IMG/VR virus record: IMGVR_UViG_3300012921_000008
Location: 1-35,247 of that record
DNA length: 35,247 nucleotides
Origin: a virus
Lineage: Duplodnaviria > Caudoviricetes
Reading direction: 5' to 3' (one strand)
Both the position numbers and the translations under genes were made by a program. The notes under the pieces are model-generated. The model searched no databases. It had not been told where the DNA came from and was given only the letters and a program-made list of their open reading frames with translations. Positions 34,607 through 35,247 of the stretch are shown piece by piece (within the stretch, counting starts at the first letter, position 1; every line of letters begins with the position of its first letter).

Positions 34607-34666
34607 GTGATCTCTTTCGATATGAGAGCCCCGCCATCAATTGACAGCGGGGCTCTGACCGGGAGG

Positions 34667-35020
34667 TTAACCGACCGCGATGCCTACTCTGAACCGTTTC
34701 CTCAGTGCCCTTGCAGCACGGTGGAGGTCGTTCAGGTACTCGGCGATGCTGCGCTCTCCCTTTCGCGAGTTGCAGTATTGGCAGCAGATGGCCATGTTTC
34801 GGACCAGATTCAATCCGCCTCGGCTGACCGGGATAATGTGGTCTATCCGTGCGGTGTTCCTCGTCAGACGGCATCCGCAGTATTCGCAGGTTCGCCCACG
34901 CTTGACCATTTGTGTTCTCCAACAGGCCATTTGCTCATGGCCCATGATCGAGAACACTGTTCCCGCGGGGATCTCCGGCAGCGGTGACGACAGATCGTGC
35001 AGGATGGTTAGCCTTGCCAT
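34667..35020 (-). CDS. HNH endonuclease
   Basis: CEYCG...IDHIIPVSRGG...NMAICCQYCNSRKG. Confidence 0.88.
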   Translation of the reverse strand: MARLTILHDLSSPLPEIPAGTVFSIMGHEQMACWRTQMVKRGRTCEYCGCRLTRNTARIDHIIPVSRGGLNLVRNMAICCQYCNSRKGERSIAEYLNDLHRAARALRKRFRVGIAVG

Positions 35021-35247
35021 GACGAAACCCCCCGCAGTCCATGGACTCGGCCGGTCTGAACACGGACGAAACGACGCACCTTGAAGGGTGTTCGCTGACG
35101 GTCTTCCCTTTCAGAGAAATCGATCACTTCGCGGCCACCGGCCCGCTGTCGCTCATCCTTGTGTGACCAACTGGCCTGAAACTCCAGGCACGCGGCCCGA
35201 ATCTCCTGTTGGCTTGGGAGGTAGGCCTCCGGTGGATCGAATTCCAC
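35008..35247 (-). CDS. Hypothetical protein, probably truncated by the window edge
   Basis: Open frame runs from the window end and overlaps the HNH start. Confidence 0.45.
   Translation of the reverse strand: MEFDPPEAYLPSQQEIRAACLEFQASWSHKDERQRAGGREVIDFSEREDRQRTPFKVRRFVRVQTGRVHGLRGVSSWQG

Noticed and set aside
32494-35020. Methyltransferase + HNH as a restriction-modification pair
   Set aside because: They are on opposite strands and separated by att and the integrase, so they would sit at opposite prophage ends; orphan methylases and HNH genes are common in phages

Overview
The whole window is a large part of a GC-rich temperate tailed-phage genome. It is siphovirus-like, with a tail tube, a G/GT chaperone frameshift and a tape measure, and no sheath is seen. 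The host is probably a planctomycete, inferred only from the style of the CsrA and the accessory genes. Gene order on the + strand: CsrA and a LamG+Ig gene; a replication initiator with internal 21-bp iterons; a large ParB-family protein; small accessory genes (a degenerate copy of the phage's own terminase ATPase, two Lar-like zinc fingers, an ASCH-like protein); a minus-strand receiver-domain gene and an RHH gene; then a late block (PLD-like, TerS, TerL, gpW-like, lambda-type portal, protease/scaffold, capsid, a candidate protease-based lysis trio, tail genes, two proteins with STTGGG repeats, a ppGalNAc-T-like glycosyltransferase and a SAM methyltransferase); a DNA methyltransferase; a tRNA-Phe 3' half in attP configuration; and a minus-strand tyrosine integrase and HNH nuclease. 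Best leads: (1) a putative mucin-type O-glycosylation module acting on Ser/Thr repeats of tail proteins; (2) a catalytically dead TerL-ATPase paralog, possibly a decoy or regulator; (3) dispersed parS-like 17-bp palindromes; (4) a phage CsrA with a textbook CsrA hairpin upstream of the DNA methylase. All product calls come from motifs recognised by eye; no database searches were run.
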